64,000 nucleotides of DNA from Pseudomonadota bacterium (GCA_015493505.1 WGDA01000153.1:1962-65961), one strand, 5' to 3'; positions 7,792 to 17,832 are shown, counted from the first letter of the stretch. Made by a program: numbers and translations. The notes: generated from the letters alone by a model not told the origin.

Positions 7792-9966
7792 GTGACACAA
7801 ACCACACCTTCCACTGACTCAGCTTTACAAAAAGCTGCCACAAAAAGAAGTGCCCGCAAACACCCTCTTCGTGCGCTGAAATACTTTATTACCCTGGGGT
7901 TCAGCCTCGCGATACTGGCGTATCTGGGGAATTCTATTTTCGTTGCCGAGAAGAGGCGGGTGATTCAGCAGCACCTCCTTCAGGCCCAGCTCGTGGCACG
8001 CCTTGGGGCCACTTCCATCGCGTATGATTTCGATAAAATCAGGAACGGCCAGCAGATTATTGTTTCTTACCTTGAACATAAACATTGGTGGCGCGTCCGG
8101 GAGGTGAAGCCGCTCCTGGAATCTTTTGTCAAGGCCAATCACGATATCGTCAAATGGGGCGGGGTTTCCCGAATGGACGGGAAGGTCCTGCTCCAGGTGC
8201 CCGAGAGGGCGTCTCTCCCCTTTAACATCAGAAAGCTTGTGAGTAGTGTGCGTGTCCCAAGCCCGGATGGAGTGGTCAAGGTCCTCTACGATCAACGTTT
8301 TGTCCTTTTTCTGCGTCAAATCAATCACTCTCCCTCCATCCGGTACCTCTTTTGGTGTGTGGGAACCTTTGAGGATTTTCTCCGGGGATTTTCCGTTTAT
8401 GAGGGGTTTGAAAGACGGTACCTCTGGCTGGTGTTTCAGACTGCTCAGGGTCAGAAGGCTCTTTTCATGGATACGCATTTCAGGCAGCACCTGATGAACA
8501 CCCATTTCCCCCTGCCTTTTGGGAAGAAGGAGCTGACTTTTGAGGGGGAAACACTCCTCGTGGGTGCCCATCCCTTTCAGCTTGGGAAACTGAGGGGCTG
8601 GTTCGTCGTGGGGATCCCCAAAAACCGAATCGAGGGGCAGCTTTCTGAATTCCGCAATAAGGGCATGATGCTCACCGGCTTTTTTGTCATCTTTTTCGCG
8701 GTGTTTCTCTATACCTATTTCAAAAACCGAAGTCGGCGCATCGTGGCGGAGCGGACCGCCAATATCAGCCGGGAGATTCTCATCTCCAAACAGCAACTTG
8801 AATCCTATATTGAGAACTCCTCCGATGGTATCCTGAGGAATGACCTGGATGGCAAGATTCAGTTTGTCAATCCCGCCTTTACGCGGATCTTTGGTTGGGA
8901 GGCGAGGGAGGTGGTTGGCAGAAATATCCGGGACATCTTCCCCGAAGACAGAGAGAGGATTGAAAGGGTGATCGAGACCATCAAGGCGAAAAAATCGCTT
9001 CCGCCCTATGAGACACGCCGCCGCCGCAAGGACGGCCAGATTCTGGATCTCTATGTTTCTGCCTCTCCCATTCTGAACAGCCGGGGAGAGGTGATCTCCA
9101 TCACGGCGGTTTACCGGGATCATACCCGCCTGAAACGCCTTGAAGACCGGCTGTATCAGTCCGAAAAGATGGCTGCCATTGGCCAGCTGGTTGCCCAGAT
9201 CGCCCATGAAATAAACAACCCGCTCTCGACTTTGCAATTTTCCCTGCAACTTCTCCGGAGGTCCAAGCCGGGCGATCCGGATTTCATGGAAGAGATTGAA
9301 GATATGGACGAGGAGATCAGGCGAATCGCCCGCATCGTCAACCAGTTGCTCTCCTTCTCGCGTCCCCAGTCGAAACGAAAACGACAGGCGTCGTTGCGGC
9401 GCGTCTTTCGGAATAAGATGCTGCAGCTTCTCATTAAGAACCTCCGGGAACGGGGCGTGGAAGTGACCGTTGATTTTCCCGAGTCTCTTCCCATGGTGCG
9501 GGTCTATTCAGACCAGATGCTCCAGGTCTTTATGAATCTTATTCAGAACGCGGGGGATTCCATCGGTGAAAAGGGCAGGATTTCCGTTTCGGCCAGGGTG
9601 AAGACACAAGATTATGACGGGTTTTACCAGCTTCCTTCACGGGTAGGCGAGGTAAGGTCTCCCGGGGGAAAGGTGGTGGAGATCGTGGTTTCCGACACGG
9701 GTGAGGGCATTCCGCCAGACACACTCCCCCATATCTTTGAACCCTTCTTTACCTCTAAGGGAGCCAATGGAACCGGTCTGGGCCTTTCCATTGTTCACAG
9801 CATCATCAGCCGCGCGGGAGGCAGCATCGAGGTGGAAAGCACGCCTGGCAAAGGCACAAAATTTACCATCGTTCTGCCGGCTGTCGAACAGCGGTCCAGG
9901 CGTGACAAGAAGGATAAAAGTATGGTAGAGAATGAACAGCAGACGGAACCACAAAAAGGGGTGTAA
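7792..9966 (+). CDS. Sensor histidine kinase (TM, PAS, HisKA, HATPase_c)
   Basis: Contains a PAS segment (FVNPAFTRIFGWEAREVVGRNI), an H-box IAHEINNPL, an N-box, and G-boxes DTGEGIP and GTGLGLSIV. Putative GTG start. Confidence 0.85.
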   Translation: MTQTTPSTDSALQKAATKRSARKHPLRALKYFITLGFSLAILAYLGNSIFVAEKRRVIQQHLLQAQLVARLGATSIAYDFDKIRNGQQIIVSYLEHKHWWRVREVKPLLESFVKANHDIVKWGGVSRMDGKVLLQVPERASLPFNIRKLVSSVRVPSPDGVVKVLYDQRFVLFLRQINHSPSIRYLFWCVGTFEDFLRGFSVYEGFERRYLWLVFQTAQGQKALFMDTHFRQHLMNTHFPLPFGKKELTFEGETLLVGAHPFQLGKLRGWFVVGIPKNRIEGQLSEFRNKGMMLTGFFVIFFAVFLYTYFKNRSRRIVAERTANISREILISKQQLESYIENSSDGILRNDLDGKIQFVNPAFTRIFGWEAREVVGRNIRDIFPEDRERIERVIETIKAKKSLPPYETRRRRKDGQILDLYVSASPILNSRGEVISITAVYRDHTRLKRLEDRLYQSEKMAAIGQLVAQIAHEINNPLSTLQFSLQLLRRSKPGDPDFMEEIEDMDEEIRRIARIVNQLLSFSRPQSKRKRQASLRRVFRNKMLQLLIKNLRERGVEVTVDFPESLPMVRVYSDQMLQVFMNLIQNAGDSIGEKGRISVSARVKTQDYDGFYQLPSRVGEVRSPGGKVVEIVVSDTGEGIPPDTLPHIFEPFFTSKGANGTGLGLSIVHSIISRAGGSIEVESTPGKGTKFTIVLPAVEQRSRRDKKDKSMVENEQQTEPQKGV

Positions 9967-9978
9967 GGGGATCAGACC

Positions 9979-10395
9979 ATGCCTCGGATTCTCATTGTCG
10001 ATGACGAAGTCAAACTGGTCAAGAAGCTGAAGAAGCTGCTTGAAAAGGATGGCTTTGAGATCAAGACGGCTGGAAATGGCAGAGAGGCGCTTGAGGTCAT
10101 CCGGGCCTCTGACCCCTTTGATGTGATTATTTCGGATATCCGGATGGAAGAGATGGACGGCCTGACCTTTCTCAAACAGGTGCACCAGGACGGGCTTGAC
10201 GTGGGCGTGATTATGATAACCGGATATGGGGACATGGACACCTTTCTGGAGTCCCTTTATTTTGGCGCCTTTCAGTATATCCAGAAGCCCGTGCATTACG
10301 ATACCCTGTTGGAGACGATTAACAAACTGCTTCTTGACCGGGAACGAGAGAGGAAAAAGAAACGCAGACATCCCAAATCGAGGAAGGAGAGATGA
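9979..10395 (+). CDS. Single-domain response regulator (CheY-like receiver, no output domain)
   Basis: MPRILIVDDE...DVIISDIRM fits the receiver phospho-acceptor context. The protein is 138 aa with a K/R-rich tail. Confidence 0.8.
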   Translation: MPRILIVDDEVKLVKKLKKLLEKDGFEIKTAGNGREALEVIRASDPFDVIISDIRMEEMDGLTFLKQVHQDGLDVGVIMITGYGDMDTFLESLYFGAFQYIQKPVHYDTLLETINKLLLDRERERKKKRRHPKSRKER

Positions 10396-11024
10396 TCGGA
10401 CCTAACAACACAGAAAGATTGGACAAGGTTGTGAAGGCACTTGAGGCGCGGGATTTTGAAGCGCGCTGGGTCCCGGACAAGGCCACGGCGCGCCAGGTCA
10501 TTCTGGAGAGGGTTCAGCCGGGCGATGCCGTGGGGGTTGGGGGTTCTGTCAGCATCCGTGAATTGGAGGTTCTCGACACGCTCAGGGAAAAGGGACATAC
10601 GGTGTATGACCACTGGATTCCCGGCCTTTCCAAGGATGAGATCCTGAAGACACGTAAGCTGCAGATGCAGTCAGATATCTTCCTGAGTGGGACAAACGCC
10701 CTGATCTCTGATGGCCGGCTGGTCAATATCGATGGCATCGGGAACCGTGTTGCCAGCATGATTTTTGGACCGGAGCGTGTCATCCTGGTAGCCGGTGTCA
10801 ACAAGATTGTGGAGACGCTGGACGCCGCGATGTATCGCATCAAAAACGTGGCGACGCCCCCCAACGCCAAGAGACTGTCCATCCCGACACCCTGCGCGAA
10901 GACGGGGAGGTGCATGGACTGCCGCAGCCCTAAGCGGATCTGCCGCGCCGTGACCATTCTTGAGTGGCGTCCCTCCCTGACGCAGATCCTTGTCCTCATC
11001 GTGAATGAACCTCTGGGATACTGA
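10392..11024 (+). CDS. LUD-domain protein (lactate-utilization LutC/YkgG-like, DUF162)
   Basis: 210 aa with LUD-family characteristics. Its start overlaps the stop of the response regulator gene. Confidence 0.5.
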   Translation: MIGPNNTERLDKVVKALEARDFEARWVPDKATARQVILERVQPGDAVGVGGSVSIRELEVLDTLREKGHTVYDHWIPGLSKDEILKTRKLQMQSDIFLSGTNALISDGRLVNIDGIGNRVASMIFGPERVILVAGVNKIVETLDAAMYRIKNVATPPNAKRLSIPTPCAKTGRCMDCRSPKRICRAVTILEWRPSLTQILVLIVNEPLGY

Positions 11025-11050
11025 CACTTAAAAACAAAGCGAGGCGAGTT

Positions 11051-12607
11051 ATGAAAATTCAGCGAGCTCTGATTAGTGTGTCTGATAAAACGGGCATTGT
11101 CCCCTTTGCCAAGGCCCTGTCGGAAATGGGAATCGAGATTATTTCCACCGGTGGCACCGGTGCCACGCTCAAGAAGAACGGGGTGCCCGTGGTGGATATC
11201 GCGGATTATACGGGGTTCCCGGAGATGATGGATGGACGGGTCAAGACCCTGCATCCAAAGATTCACGGGGGAATCCTCGCGTTGCGGGACAACCCGGAGC
11301 ATGTCAGGACGATGGAGGAACATGACATCCCTCCCATTGACATGGTGGTGGTTAATCTCTATCCCTTTGAAGAAACCATTCAGAAACCGGATTGTTCTCT
11401 TGGGGAAGCTATCGAGAATATTGATATCGGGGGGCCAACCATGCTGCGCTCCGCGGCGAAGAATTACCGTTTTGTCACGGTTGTGATCGACCCCGCGGAT
11501 TACGAAGCGGTTTTGAAAGAGCTGCGCGAGAATGACGGGGAGGTGTCAGAGCCCCAGCGGATGCGGCTGGCCCAGAAGGTTTTCGCCTTTACGGCCCGTT
11601 ACGATTCTCTGATCTCCACATATCTGGATCGGGCCTGTAATCCCGACGTCCCGTTTCCGGAGGCGCTCCATTTGAATTTCAGGCGGAAATCCGTCCTACG
11701 GTATGGGGAAAACCCGCACCAGCAGGGATGTTTTTACGTGGATCCCGCGGTGGACGAACCCTCTATCGCCACGGCGGAGAGTCTGCAGGGGAAGCCACTC
11801 TCTTACAACAATATCATGGATGCCGACGCGGCGCTCTCGACCGTGCGTGAATTTGAGGAAACCGCCTGCGTGATTATCAAACACGCCAACCCCTGCGGGG
11901 TGGCCATCGATCGGGGAGAGGATATCCTGGCCGCGTACCAGAAGGCCCTGGCCTGTGACCCGGTCTCCGCGTTCGGTGGGATTATCGCCCTCAACCGTCC
12001 CCTGACGGTCGCGCTGGCCGAGGCCCTGACGGAGCGTTTCGTGGAGGTGCTCATCGCCCCGGACTACCCCGACGAAACCCTGGAGATTCTGTCGAAAAAG
12101 AAGGATCTGAGGGTCTTGAGGATTCCCCTGGACACACCCGGGCGAAAGGATTTGTTCGATTTGCGGAAAGTCGTGGGGGGACTCCTGTTGCAGGAGCGCG
12201 ACAGCCACTCCCTGGACATCGAGACCTTCCGCACCGTAACCAGGCGCGCCCCGTCAGAGGAAGAGCTTCGCGCCTTGAAGCTGGGATGGAAGGTCTGCAA
12301 GCACGTGAAATCGAACGCGATTGTGTATGCCAATCCGGAACAGATCGTTGGCGTGGGCGCCGGCCAGATGAGCCGGGTCGATTCGGCCCGGTTTGGCATC
12401 GAAAAGGCGCTGCTGGAGATTAAAGGATCCTGCATGGCCTCGGACGCCCTGATTCCCTTCCGGGACGCGGTGGACGTGGCGGCGGAGGCGGGAGTGACCG
12501 CCATTGTCCAGACGGGCGGGTCGTTGCGTGACGAGGAAGTCATCGCGGCGGCAGACGAACATGGCATGGCCATGGTCTTCACGGGATACCGGCATTTTTA
12601 TCATTAA
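11051..12607 (+). CDS. purH: Bifunctional AICAR transformylase/IMP cyclohydrolase
   Basis: N-terminus MKIQRALISVSDKTGIV and a full-length (518 aa) PurH architecture. Confidence 0.95.
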   Translation: MKIQRALISVSDKTGIVPFAKALSEMGIEIISTGGTGATLKKNGVPVVDIADYTGFPEMMDGRVKTLHPKIHGGILALRDNPEHVRTMEEHDIPPIDMVVVNLYPFEETIQKPDCSLGEAIENIDIGGPTMLRSAAKNYRFVTVVIDPADYEAVLKELRENDGEVSEPQRMRLAQKVFAFTARYDSLISTYLDRACNPDVPFPEALHLNFRRKSVLRYGENPHQQGCFYVDPAVDEPSIATAESLQGKPLSYNNIMDADAALSTVREFEETACVIIKHANPCGVAIDRGEDILAAYQKALACDPVSAFGGIIALNRPLTVALAEALTERFVEVLIAPDYPDETLEILSKKKDLRVLRIPLDTPGRKDLFDLRKVVGGLLLQERDSHSLDIETFRTVTRRAPSEEELRALKLGWKVCKHVKSNAIVYANPEQIVGVGAGQMSRVDSARFGIEKALLEIKGSCMASDALIPFRDAVDVAAEAGVTAIVQTGGSLRDEEVIAAADEHGMAMVFTGYRHFYH

Positions 12608-12619
12608 AAAGGGGAACCC

Positions 12620-13909
12620 ATGAACATCCTGGTTATTGGCGGAGGCGGCAGAGAACATGCGCTGGTCTGGAAATTGAAACAGAGCGACGCGGCCAAGGCC
12701 ATCTTCTGCGCGCCGGGTAACGCGGGGATTCAGGAGGAGGCCGAGTGCTTCCCCGTCTCTCCGACGGATATTCCCGATCTTCTGACCCTGGCCAGGGAGA
12801 AGGCGATTGACATGGCCGTGGTCGGGCCGGAGGCCCCGCTGGTTGCCGGGATCGTGGACACGTTCACCGCCGCCGGAATCCCCATCATTGGGCCGGACAG
12901 GGCCGCCGCCCGTCTGGAGGGGAGTAAGGCCTTTACCAAGGAGCTTTTGCGGGAGGCCGGGGTTCCCACCGCGCCTTTTGAAACCTTCGACGCCCCGGAG
13001 AAAGCCCTTAAGGCCCTAAATGGAAAGTCCTACCCCCTCGTGGTCAAGGCCGACGGCCTGGCGGCGGGGAAGGGGGTCTTGATTGTCCGGGATCGCGGCG
13101 AGGCCGAGGCGGCCATTCGTGCCATCATGCTCGACAAAGCCTTTGGAGAGGCGGGAAACCGGGTTGTCCTGGAGGCCTTCCTTGAGGGGGAGGAGGCATC
13201 TTTTATCGTCCTGACGGATGGGGAAACGATTTTGCCCCTTGCCTCGTCCCAGGATCACAAGAGGATTCATGACGGGGATGTGGGCCCCAACACGGGGGGG
13301 ATGGGCGCGTACAGCCCGGCTCCGGTGGTGGACGCGGTCCTGCATGACCGCATCATGAAGGAGGTCATCGAGCCGGTGGTCGAGACAATGAACCGGCGGG
13401 GTACCCCCTTTCGTGGCATCCTCTACGCGGGTCTCATGATATCCGATGGCACGCCACACGTTCTGGAGTTCAATGTCAGGATGGGAGACCCCGAAACCCA
13501 GCCGATCCTGTTCCGCATGGAGGGAGACCTGGCCGAAACCCTTCTCCTCCTCCACCATCGACAGTTGCACAAGGCAGTCCTTTCCTGGCCATCCAATGCC
13601 GCCCTCTGCGTGGTCCTGGCGTCAGGGGGGTACCCGGGGAACTATGAGAAGGGGAAGGTGATTACCGGACTGGAGGAGTTGGCGGGACGGAAGGATATCA
13701 AAGTGTTTCACGCGGGGACAAAGAGGAACGAGTCAGGCGCCATTGTTACGAACGGGGGCCGCGTTCTGGGGGTCACCGCTCTCGCCCCGGATCTTTCCGC
13801 CTGCCGTGAGAAGGCCTATCAGGCCATTGAAGCGATTCATTTCGAGGGAATGGTGTATCGCAAAGACATCGGCCTCAAGGGGATTCAAAGGCTGTCGGCC
13901 TCCGCGTGA
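12620..13909 (+). CDS. purD: Phosphoribosylamine--glycine ligase
   Basis: N-terminus MNILVIGGGGREHALVWKL, an ATP-grasp core, and a length of 429 aa. Confidence 0.95.
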   Translation: MNILVIGGGGREHALVWKLKQSDAAKAIFCAPGNAGIQEEAECFPVSPTDIPDLLTLAREKAIDMAVVGPEAPLVAGIVDTFTAAGIPIIGPDRAAARLEGSKAFTKELLREAGVPTAPFETFDAPEKALKALNGKSYPLVVKADGLAAGKGVLIVRDRGEAEAAIRAIMLDKAFGEAGNRVVLEAFLEGEEASFIVLTDGETILPLASSQDHKRIHDGDVGPNTGGMGAYSPAPVVDAVLHDRIMKEVIEPVVETMNRRGTPFRGILYAGLMISDGTPHVLEFNVRMGDPETQPILFRMEGDLAETLLLLHHRQLHKAVLSWPSNAALCVVLASGGYPGNYEKGKVITGLEELAGRKDIKVFHAGTKRNESGAIVTNGGRVLGVTALAPDLSACREKAYQAIEAIHFEGMVYRKDIGLKGIQRLSASA

Positions 13910-13921
13910 AGGGAGAAAATC

Positions 13922-14446
13922 ATGCCCCAACCGTTAATTGCCGTCATTCTGGGAAGCAAAAGTGACATGCCCGTGGCGGAAGACGCCCTGAGGATTTTTG
14001 AAGAGTTCAGCGTGCCTTATGAATTCAGGGTACTGTCCGCGCATCGAACCCCCGATGCCGTGCGTGAATTCGTCCAGTCTTTCGAGAGGGAAGGCGGGCG
14101 GGTTTTCATCGCCGTGGCCGGGGCCGCCGCGCATCTCGCGGGAGTGGTGGCCTCTCATACCCTGCTTCCCGTGATTGGCGTGCCCGTTCCTTCCTCCGCC
14201 CTCAATGGTCTGGACGCTCTGCTTAGTACGGTCCAGATGCCGGGGGGAATTCCCGTGGCGACCATGGCCGTCGGGAAGGCCGGCATGAAAAACGCGGTCT
14301 ATTTCGCCCTGCAGATTCTGGCCATCGAAGACGCGTCCCTCAAAAGAGAGTTGATCGGCTTTCGCCAGAGAATGGCCGCGAAGGTCTTTTCCGACGAAGA
14401 AATCGTCAAACAGCTCCTTAAGGAAAAACACGATCAGACTTCTTGA
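13922..14446 (+). CDS. purE: N5-carboxyaminoimidazole ribonucleotide mutase
   Basis: 174 aa with VILGSKSDMPV and a PurE fold. Confidence 0.9.
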   Translation: MPQPLIAVILGSKSDMPVAEDALRIFEEFSVPYEFRVLSAHRTPDAVREFVQSFEREGGRVFIAVAGAAAHLAGVVASHTLLPVIGVPVPSSALNGLDALLSTVQMPGGIPVATMAVGKAGMKNAVYFALQILAIEDASLKRELIGFRQRMAAKVFSDEEIVKQLLKEKHDQTS

Positions 14447-15101
14447 ACTTCAGGCCCTTCTGAAAGATCCGGATCGGATAGCCGGTATTGCCAAAGCGCT
14501 CGCGGCGGGGAAGATTATCGTCTATCCCACGGAAACCCTCTACGGGATCGGGGCGGATCCCCTCGCCCCCGGTGACCCGGCGCGGCGCGTTGCCAGGCTG
14601 AAACGCCGTCCCCTTGACCAGCCCTTCATCTACCTTGTTCCGGATATTCAATTCCTGGAGGAAAACAGGATTTCCCTGTCGCCCGCGGCAAGAAAACTGG
14701 CGCAACGGTTCTGGCCCGGCCCCTTGACCGTTATTCTTTCGGTTCCTCCGGCTTCCCCCCTGGCCCCCATCGCCCATGAAGGATCCATTGCCGTCCGTGT
14801 CTCTCCCCACCCCTTTGTCCAGCTCCTATTCCGGCATCGGAGGTTTCCCCTCATTTCCACCAGCGCCAATCTTTCCGGCGGCCCGGCGGACACAGCGTGC
14901 GATCCCGGGAAAATTCGGAAAACCTTCCGCGACCGGATTGACCTGTTTGTGTCAGAGGGGTATAAACCGGACACGCTCCCTTCCACGCTCCTGGATGTCC
15001 ACAGGGATACGCCAGTTGTGCTCCGTGAGGGGGCGGTGAAAAAGGAAAAACTTGACAGGTTTGTGAGAGAAGAAAGGAGATATTATGACGCAGACGTATA
15101 A
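14442..15101 (+). CDS. tsaC: L-threonylcarbamoyladenylate synthase (TsaC/YrdC family); start codon unresolved
   Basis: Conserved YrdC N-terminal motifs (IIVYPTETLYGIGADP) and STSANLSG lie in one continuous frame from 14355. That frame has no ATG/GTG/TTG before the TTG at 14724 used by the ORF track. Candidate starts are CTG at 14460 or ATC at 14433. Confidence 0.65.
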   Translation, partial: LELQALLKDPDRIAGIAKALAAGKIIVYPTETLYGIGADPLAPGDPARRVARLKRRPLDQPFIYLVPDIQFLEENRISLSPAARKLAQRFWPGPLTVILSVPPASPLAPIAHEGSIAVRVSPHPFVQLLFRHRRFPLISTSANLSGGPADTACDPGKIRKTFRDRIDLFVSEGYKPDTLPSTLLDVHRDTPVVLREGAVKKEKLDRFVREERRYYDADV

Positions 15102-16152
15102 CATCGCCGTGATTCCCGGGGACGGAACGGGACCGGAAGTGGTTCGCGAAGGGATGAAAGCCCTTGACGCCGCGGCGGAGAGGTTTGGATTTTCCATCGA
15201 GTATCACACCTTCCCCTACGGAGGGAAACACTACAAGGAAACGGGAGAAACCCTTCCGGACGCCGCTTTGGATGAACTTCGGAAATTTCCGGCCATTTTT
15301 CTCGGGGCCATTGGACACCCGGACGTGGCGCCGGGCATTCTTGAAACGGGGATTCTCCTCAAGTTGAGGTTTGGCCTCGACCAGTACGTGAACCTCCGGC
15401 CCATCAAACTGTATGAGGGGGTCGATACCCCCTTGAAAGACAAGGGGCCCAAGGATATCGACTTCGTGGTGATTCGTGAAAACACGGAAGGCCTGTACGC
15501 GGGAGCGGGGGGATTCCTGAAAAAAGGGACACCGGATGAGGTTGCCATCCAGGAATCCATCAATACCCGGAAGGGCGTGGAACGCTGCATCCGGTACGCC
15601 TTTGAGCTAACCCGCAGGCGAAACCGTGAAAAGAAGCTGACGCTGTGCGGAAAGACCAACGTCCTGACCTATGCCTTCGACCTGTGGCTCCGTACCTTCA
15701 ATGAGGTGGCGAAAGAATACCCGGACGTGACCACAGACTACGCCCATGTGGACGCCATCTGCATGTGGATGGTCAAGAACCCCGAAACCTTTGATGTAAT
15801 CGTTACGGACAACATGTTCGGGGATATCATTACTGATCTGGGCGCCATGATTCAGGGGGGGATGGGGATTGCTGCGGGAGGCAACATCAACCCCGATGGC
15901 ACCTCCATGTTTGAGCCCATTGGCGGCTCCGCCCCCAAATACGCTGGGAAGGATGTGATCAACCCCCTGGCCGCCATTTCCGCCGCGGGGATGATGATGG
16001 ATTTTCTTGGTGAAGAGAAGGCGGGACGCGCCATTGAAGAGGCGGTTCAGGCCGTGATTCCCCGGCTGAAAAGTCTCTCCGCGGGAAAGATGGGATACAC
16101 CACCCGACAGGTCGGGGATATGGTGGCGGAGACCATACGCGACCTGGGGTGA
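15085..16152 (+). CDS. Isocitrate/3-isopropylmalate dehydrogenase family enzyme (LeuB- or tartrate-dehydrogenase-like)
   Basis: 355 aa. N-terminus IAVIPGDGTGPEV, plus NMFGDIITDLGA and MFEPIGGSAPKYAGKD, which match the beta-decarboxylating dehydrogenase family. Confidence 0.8.
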   Translation: MTQTYNIAVIPGDGTGPEVVREGMKALDAAAERFGFSIEYHTFPYGGKHYKETGETLPDAALDELRKFPAIFLGAIGHPDVAPGILETGILLKLRFGLDQYVNLRPIKLYEGVDTPLKDKGPKDIDFVVIRENTEGLYAGAGGFLKKGTPDEVAIQESINTRKGVERCIRYAFELTRRRNREKKLTLCGKTNVLTYAFDLWLRTFNEVAKEYPDVTTDYAHVDAICMWMVKNPETFDVIVTDNMFGDIITDLGAMIQGGMGIAAGGNINPDGTSMFEPIGGSAPKYAGKDVINPLAAISAAGMMMDFLGEEKAGRAIEEAVQAVIPRLKSLSAGKMGYTTRQVGDMVAETIRDLG

Positions 16153-16155
16153 CCA

Positions 16156-16220
16156 ACGGCGTCACGCCGTTTTCTTGGAATTACCAACGTCCGGTGCCGC
16201 CAACAGGGCCGGACGTTTTT
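16156..16220 (+). terminator. Two tandem rho-independent terminators after the dehydrogenase gene
   Basis: T1 is acggcg-tca-cgccgt followed by tttctt (16156-16176). T2 is gtccgg...ccggac followed by gttttt (16189-16220). Confidence 0.5.
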
Positions 16221-16230
16221 GCGCACTGAC

Positions 16231-17394
16231 ATGAACGACGTTCAGAAAAAGATTTTTGCCGCCCTTTGCATGGCGATTTTCTCCGCCATGCTGGGAATGG
16301 GGATCGTGGCGCCACTGCTTCCCATCTACGCCCAGCATACCGGGGCGTCCGGCATGGCGATCGGCCTGGTTTTCGCCTCTTTTTCCATCTCGCGGACCTT
16401 TCTTCTGCCCCTCATCGGGAAGCTCTCCGACCGCAAAGGGCGGAAAATTTTCATCACGGCGGGACTTCTTCTTCTCTCCCTGACTTCCCTGGGGTATGTC
16501 ATTTCCGCCAGCATTCCCGTTCTTATCCTGACCCGGACCATCCAGGGGATCGCCGCGGCCATGGTGATTCCCATCGCCCTGGCCTACATGGGTGAGATTA
16601 CGCCCGGAGGGAAGGAAGGTACCTACATGGGGATTTTCAATCTCTTCTTTTACGGCGGGCTGGCGGCGGGTCCCATTCTGGGTGGCATTGTGAAGGACAC
16701 CTTCGGCATCAACAGCAGTTTTTACAGCATGGGTGCCATCAGTTTTGTCGGCTTTCTGCTGGCGCTGGTTTTCCTCTCAGAGAAGGGCAGGGAGATCCGT
16801 CACACCCCGACACGGACAGGATACCGGCACTTTTTCAAGCCAAGGCGCCTGAAGGGAATCTTTACCTACCGTCTCTGTTTCTCCATTGGCATTGGCGTGA
16901 CCTGGGCCTTTCTCCCCATTTTCGGGGACAACGTGCTGCGCCTGTCCAGTTCCAGGATTGGCCTGCTGATTTCGCTGAATATTCTTGTGGCGACGCTGTT
17001 GCAGACCCCGTTTGGCCGGCTGGCCGACCGTTTCCCCAAAGGGTGGTTTGTCAGCCTGGGAGGCGTCATGGCAGCCTGTCCCCTGGGACTCATTCCTTTT
17101 ACCCGAAACTTTGCGGAGATATTCCTCGTGAATCTGCTTTTGGGGGTTGCCGGGGGGATCGCCATGCCGGCGCTTACGGCCCTGGTGGTGGAGGAAGGGA
17201 AAAAACTGGGGGAGATGGGGTCAATGATGAGTATTTTTGTGCTGTTTCACAGTATCGGAATGATTATTGGCCCGCTTCTCGCGGGAGTTTCCGAGCAGAC
17301 CATCGGGCTGACCAATACCTTTCTCATCGGCGGGGCGATCGGGCTGGCAGGCGTGGCGGGATTTGGATGGGCGTTTTTTAAAGCGGAAGTTTGA
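16231..17394 (+). CDS. MFS transporter
   Basis: About 387 aa with 12 predicted TM helices and an MFS-type loop GKLSDRKGRK. Start is set at the ATG after terminator T2; the ORF-track TTG start at 16219 overlaps that terminator. Confidence 0.8.
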   Translation: MNDVQKKIFAALCMAIFSAMLGMGIVAPLLPIYAQHTGASGMAIGLVFASFSISRTFLLPLIGKLSDRKGRKIFITAGLLLLSLTSLGYVISASIPVLILTRTIQGIAAAMVIPIALAYMGEITPGGKEGTYMGIFNLFFYGGLAAGPILGGIVKDTFGINSSFYSMGAISFVGFLLALVFLSEKGREIRHTPTRTGYRHFFKPRRLKGIFTYRLCFSIGIGVTWAFLPIFGDNVLRLSSSRIGLLISLNILVATLLQTPFGRLADRFPKGWFVSLGGVMAACPLGLIPFTRNFAEIFLVNLLLGVAGGIAMPALTALVVEEGKKLGEMGSMMSIFVLFHSIGMIIGPLLAGVSEQTIGLTNTFLIGGAIGLAGVAGFGWAFFKAEV

Positions 17395-17404
17395 TTTTAA
17401 TCCT

Positions 17405-17446
17405 ACCCCAAAAAGGGATGGGGGGTATTCCTCCCCCCATATTCGT
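17405..17446 (-). terminator. Terminator hairpin between the convergent MFS and atpE genes
   Basis: atgggggg-tattcct-ccccccat is a perfect 8-bp GC stem. On the minus strand it is followed by cccuuuuugggg. Confidence 0.45.
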
Positions 17447-17490
17447 ATCCCATTTCAAACAACCGATGAAATTTTACCGGTTGCTTTAGA

Positions 17491-17832
17491 TTACAGTTTA
17501 AAGAACAGCAGCAGTTCGATGACCAGGGTATAAATGACCAGAGATTCAATCATCGCGAGGCCAATCAGCATGGCCGTGACCAGTTTACCATAAACGGAAG
17601 GGTTCCGGGCGATTCCTTCCATGGCCGAAGCCATGCCGCGCCCCTGACCGATCGCACCACCCGCAGAAGCGATACCCATACCGATACCAACGGCAAGAAC
17701 AAGGTATTTTTTGACCTCAGTAGGAAGCCCCGCTGCTTTCTGTTCCGCCGCCATGGCTGACGCGGCAAAGGGAAAGAGAGAGCCAAAAACCACACCCAAC
17801 GTTAACCAGAGTTTTTTCAGTTTTTTTACCAT
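17491..17832 (-). CDS. atpE: ATP synthase F0 subunit c with N-terminal extension and a Na+-type ion-binding signature
   Basis: A proteolipid hairpin with AIGQG followed later by MIESLVIY, i.e. a Q...ES...Y pattern like Na+-binding c subunits. The protein is 113 aa with a signal-like N-terminal extension. Confidence 0.8.
   Translation of the reverse strand: MVKKLKKLWLTLGVVFGSLFPFAASAMAAEQKAAGLPTEVKKYLVLAVGIGMGIASAGGAIGQGRGMASAMEGIARNPSVYGKLVTAMLIGLAMIESLVIYTLVIELLLFFKL

Noticed and set aside
16219-16230. TTG start at 16219 for the MFS transporter (from the ORF track)
   Set aside because: It lies inside the second terminator hairpin; the ATG at 16231 is more plausible.
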